Source of the DNA: a virus
Lineage: Duplodnaviria > Caudoviricetes
Reading direction: 5' to 3' (one strand)
Length of the DNA stretch: 47,485 nt
Virus record (IMG/VR): IMGVR_UViG_3300030329_003021
Coordinates: 1-47,485 of that record
In this document: one piece after another, positions 44,395 through 47,485 of the stretch
Position numbering within the stretch: position 1 is the stretch's first letter
How the letters are laid out: each line of letters starts with the position of its first letter
Notes under the pieces: generated by a model
What the model was told of the DNA's origin: nothing
The model's database searches: none
The model's input: only the letters and a program-made list of their open reading frames with translations
Made by a program: the position numbers and the translations under genes

Positions 44395-46074
44395 TTAAGT
44401 ATCCTCAAGTGTAAATCCGTAACTCTCTATTTGTTTTCTTATTTGTTCTTTCGGAATAGTATCACCTTTAGTGTTTGCTATAGTGCTCATAAATTGTTTA
44501 AGTATTTGTGAGCCAGTTTCTGGATAAGCTAACTTAATGGCTTCTGCAAGTATCTCTCTCTCACTTTCATCTGCATTAGCATACTTCATAGCTAAGTCTG
44601 ATCTACTTAAACTCTTAACACTAGCAGCAATTTGTTGAGCCTTCACTGTTGCTCCCGCTCTAACTTTAGCTACATCCATGGCTCTGTCATTGTTAAGTAT
44701 GCTAACAACTAAATTACCTTTTACTTGTTGGTAAGTTCTTTGTGCTGCCGCTGCGTTATTTTCTGCGTTCATTTGCATCTTCGCTGAAATATTCGCTATT
44801 CCTTCAGCTCTTCTATTTTTCAATTCTTCAAGTTTAAGTTCAGAATCAAGCACTTTACGTCTAGCATCTTTAGTAGCTTGTATACGTTTAGCAAGAGCAG
44901 GAGCAACTTGCATACCCGCTTTTCCTATGTTCACTATTGCATTTGGGTCTTTTCCTCCCATAATAGCAAAACCAAGTTCTAATAAACTCATATAAACAGC
45001 TTCTTTTTTATCACCTGCTAATGCTGCTTTTTCTGCTTGAATTGCAGCGGTAGCTGCTGAATCACTAAGATCTACACCTGCTTTTTTCAATATACTTTCA
45101 GCTTTTTGAGAAAAATCTACAGGTGCTTCTACCCCAGATCCAATTGCACCGTTTTGAGAAATATTTACAGGTTTTAATATCTTCTCAGCTTGTGCAAAAG
45201 CATCTTCAACAGATATAGGTTTCGTATCCACTCCTGCTTCTTCTATAGCAGCATCCGTTGCTGTTTCAGGTACTATTGGTCTTTTTTCTTCTACTTCTTT
45301 TTTTACTTCTGGTTCAAACACACGTTGATCTCTAAACGGATCACGAGAATCTTGTTCAGCTATTCTTCTGTCAAGTTCTTCTTTTGTTATCTCTTCTGTT
45401 TGATCTGTTTTACGAAGGTTGGTAATAGGGTTGGTAATAGGTTTACCTTCTTTATCTCTTTTTTCAGTAAAGAATTTACGAGCTGGGCCTTCAATCCCTT
45501 CCTCACCAGTATCAAGGGCACGAGTTATAGGGAAAAAAGGTTTTAAAATACCACTTTTAAGAGTATCTGTTACAACTCCAGAAATTGGATCAAGAATATA
45601 TCGTTCAAATCCTGTTCTACCCTCTTCACGTTCCCTCAAAGTATCTACAAAACCTTTATTTTGAAACGCAACAATACCACCACCCGCTCCTCTAAACATA
45701 TTTGGGTTTATTGGTAAACCTGCAATTGCTGTCTGTCTTGGATTTCGTTGTTGTTGTGGTTGTAGTTGAGGTGTTAATAATTCTCGTAAACCAGCAGTAG
45801 TAACAGTCTCTTGTTGTGGTATCTGTGCTCGATCTGCCTGTTGCTTTATTCTTCTAGCTGCATTAATAACAGCACCAAATTCATCAGAAGATTCACTAGA
45901 TAACTTACCGAGAAACCCTATTGGATCGGAAGAGGATAAAAACTCATTAGCTTTTGCCTCTATACCTCTCATTTTTTCAGTTGCTGCTTGTTTTACACCT
46001 GCAGCCATTTGTTTCAACCCTTTTTCTAAAGCTTTTTGTTTCGCATTTATCTGTTGTAACGCTTTTATACTCAC
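44395..46074 (-). CDS. Probable internal virion/DNA ejection protein
   Basis: Helical, A/Q/E/K-rich; AGGGIVAF motif; precedes the giant protein. Confidence 0.65.
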   Translation of the reverse strand: MSIKALQQINAKQKALEKGLKQMAAGVKQAATEKMRGIEAKANEFLSSSDPIGFLGKLSSESSDEFGAVINAARRIKQQADRAQIPQQETVTTAGLRELLTPQLQPQQQRNPRQTAIAGLPINPNMFRGAGGGIVAFQNKGFVDTLREREEGRTGFERYILDPISGVVTDTLKSGILKPFFPITRALDTGEEGIEGPARKFFTEKRDKEGKPITNPITNLRKTDQTEEITKEELDRRIAEQDSRDPFRDQRVFEPEVKKEVEEKRPIVPETATDAAIEEAGVDTKPISVEDAFAQAEKILKPVNISQNGAIGSGVEAPVDFSQKAESILKKAGVDLSDSAATAAIQAEKAALAGDKKEAVYMSLLELGFAIMGGKDPNAIVNIGKAGMQVAPALAKRIQATKDARRKVLDSELKLEELKNRRAEGIANISAKMQMNAENNAAAAQRTYQQVKGNLVVSILNNDRAMDVAKVRAGATVKAQQIAASVKSLSRSDLAMKYANADESEREILAEAIKLAYPETGSQILKQFMSTIANTKGDTIPKEQIRKQIESYGFTLEDT

Positions 46075-46076
46075 TT

Positions 46077-46997
46077 TTAGCCTCCTAGTAATTTAGCTAA
46101 ACTTAAACCTGTAATACCAAGACCTGTTAACTGTGAGGCAAAGCTTGGTGGAGGTGTAGCAGTTGTTTGTGTGGTATCAGTAGTTGGAACACCACGAAGA
46201 ATATTTGCTAAGTTACCTAACTGCTGCTGCCCAAACAAATCTCTCTGTCTTTGGTAAGCTGCTTCTGCTCCCAACCCTTCTTGCATAATACCTCTTTCTA
46301 AATCACCAAAGGCACCAAGTGTTTTGAGTCGGTCTAATTCTGCAGCTTGTTGTTGAACTCCTAATGCGCCTTGTTGTTGTCCTAATGTACCAAGACCTTG
46401 AGCCGCCGCCATTTGTGCAGCACGGTCTGCTCCAAACTGTTCTCTAGCACGATCAAAAGCAGATTGCAAACCTTTAGATTGAATATCGCCTAGTTGTTGA
46501 CGAAGCCCCGATTCTCTTTGCCCTTGTAAAAGAGCTTGTCTAGCCCCACCATACGTGCCTTGTCTAGCTGATGCTAAGTTAGTAGAAAGTTGTGCCTTTT
46601 TAGCAGCATCAATCGCTTTTCTTTGCTCTATATCTGTAACAGCTTGTTGGTAAGGAGACATGTATGCTTGTGCCGCCGCACTATCAAACCTACCCGGTGC
46701 AGCTAACAGACCACTAATACCTGCTTCTTGAGCTTGTTGTGCTGTAGTAAATGCGTCTGGAGCTGTTAATCCTGCTATCTGCCTACCAAGTTCTTGTTGT
46801 CCTGTAGACATTGGTGCAATACTACCAAGACCCATGTAAGCTCTTGCTCCGGGGGAATAAACGTCTTCAAACCCTTTTGAGAAAAGCTCAACGCCTTTTG
46901 GTATTATCCCTTCAAAATCTTCTGTTCCTGTATAAAAAGGTTCTAACGTTTCTGGTATGCTTGTATCTACTTGTTGTACAGATTGTACTTGTGCCAT
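46077..46997 (-). CDS. Probable DNA pilot/ejection protein
   Basis: Q/A/G-rich; YMSPYQQAV, GTYGGARQA; hydrophobic Gly-rich C-terminus. Confidence 0.7.
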   Translation of the reverse strand: MAQVQSVQQVDTSIPETLEPFYTGTEDFEGIIPKGVELFSKGFEDVYSPGARAYMGLGSIAPMSTGQQELGRQIAGLTAPDAFTTAQQAQEAGISGLLAAPGRFDSAAAQAYMSPYQQAVTDIEQRKAIDAAKKAQLSTNLASARQGTYGGARQALLQGQRESGLRQQLGDIQSKGLQSAFDRAREQFGADRAAQMAAAQGLGTLGQQQGALGVQQQAAELDRLKTLGAFGDLERGIMQEGLGAEAAYQRQRDLFGQQQLGNLANILRGVPTTDTTQTTATPPPSFASQLTGLGITGLSLAKLLGG

Positions 46998-47007
46998 ATC
47001 TTTTCCT

Positions 47008-47484
47008 CTACGCTGGTAATAGCCTGTTTACTTCAACTTCAGGCGGTTGTTTCGTTGTGCCATGACGTGCAGTTCTAACCCTGTCCATCATAGAATATAG
47101 TCTTTCAGCTCCTGCATTTGAGGAGCCGTTACCGATATCTGCCACTACATCAGCAGGAACTACAAATTCTCCATCAGCTAAACGGGCTTCTTGGCTTCCG
47201 TCTATATTAGCACGTATAGAATCACTCATCCCATCGCCTTCGCCATCTAAGTATCTAGGAGGAAGTGAGGATATACCCCCTTCGTTATAACCATATGGGA
47301 ACTGTTGCCCTAAACGTCTAGCTAAATCACGATATTTCTTTTTCTTTTCTTCTTGCGCTGCTAGAACTGCGCCTTGTTTCGCTCTAAATTTTTCTGCTTC
47401 ATCTAACCCCATTTCGGTAGTTTGTGCTAACCCTGCAACAGCCGCAGGTTTACCCAACCCTTGTAACCCAGAAAAGTCACCGCT
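47008..47484 (-). CDS. Internal virion protein, 5' end outside the window
   Basis: Frame open to window end; YNEGG then GEGDGMSDSIRA...LADGEFVVPADVV. Confidence 0.75.
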   Translation of the reverse strand, partial: SGDFSGLQGLGKPAAVAGLAQTTEMGLDEAEKFRAKQGAVLAAQEEKKKKYRDLARRLGQQFPYGYNEGGISSLPPRYLDGEGDGMSDSIRANIDGSQEARLADGEFVVPADVVADIGNGSSNAGAERLYSMMDRVRTARHGTTKQPPEVEVNRLLPA

Positions 47485-47485
47485 A

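Noticed and set aside
1-47485. Prophage boundaries, integrase, tRNA genes or alternative genetic code
   Set aside because: No host genes, att sites, recombinase motifs or cloverleaf were recognised by eye; long genes are intact in the standard code, with TAA, TAG and TGA all used as stops.

Overview
This window is most of the genome of an AT-rich, tailed dsDNA bacteriophage with podovirus-like organisation; I found no integrase, RNA polymerase or tRNA. It has four blocks. (1) 1-11851, minus strand: head and packaging genes (terminase subunits, portal, GroES-like co-chaperonin, scaffold, major capsid, decoration proteins, small basic proteins). (2) ~11850-14890: a control region with a two-gene insulated operon, three stacked terminators, a mirror-symmetric origin-like element and seven of eight copies of the palindrome GCGTATATAC-CTA-GTATATACGC. 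(3) 14894-38200, plus strand: many small ORFs, a PseT-type phosphatase, an AAA+/vWA-metallopeptidase module, a glycosyltransferase, a tandem RNA-polymerase alpha-CTD protein, VRR-NUC, family A DNA polymerase, exonuclease, SNF2-like helicase, two SSB-like proteins and a primase-helicase. (4) 38323-47485, minus strand: internal virion/ejection proteins. Both window ends cut late genes, so tail and lysis genes probably lie outside. The most unusual signals are regulatory: the palindrome network, a candidate ~110-nt RNA whose loop is complementary to the AAGGAGAGT ribosome-binding sites of early genes, a kissing-loop element after the capsid gene, and the alpha-CTD mimic. All family assignments come from motif recognition by eye; no searches were run.
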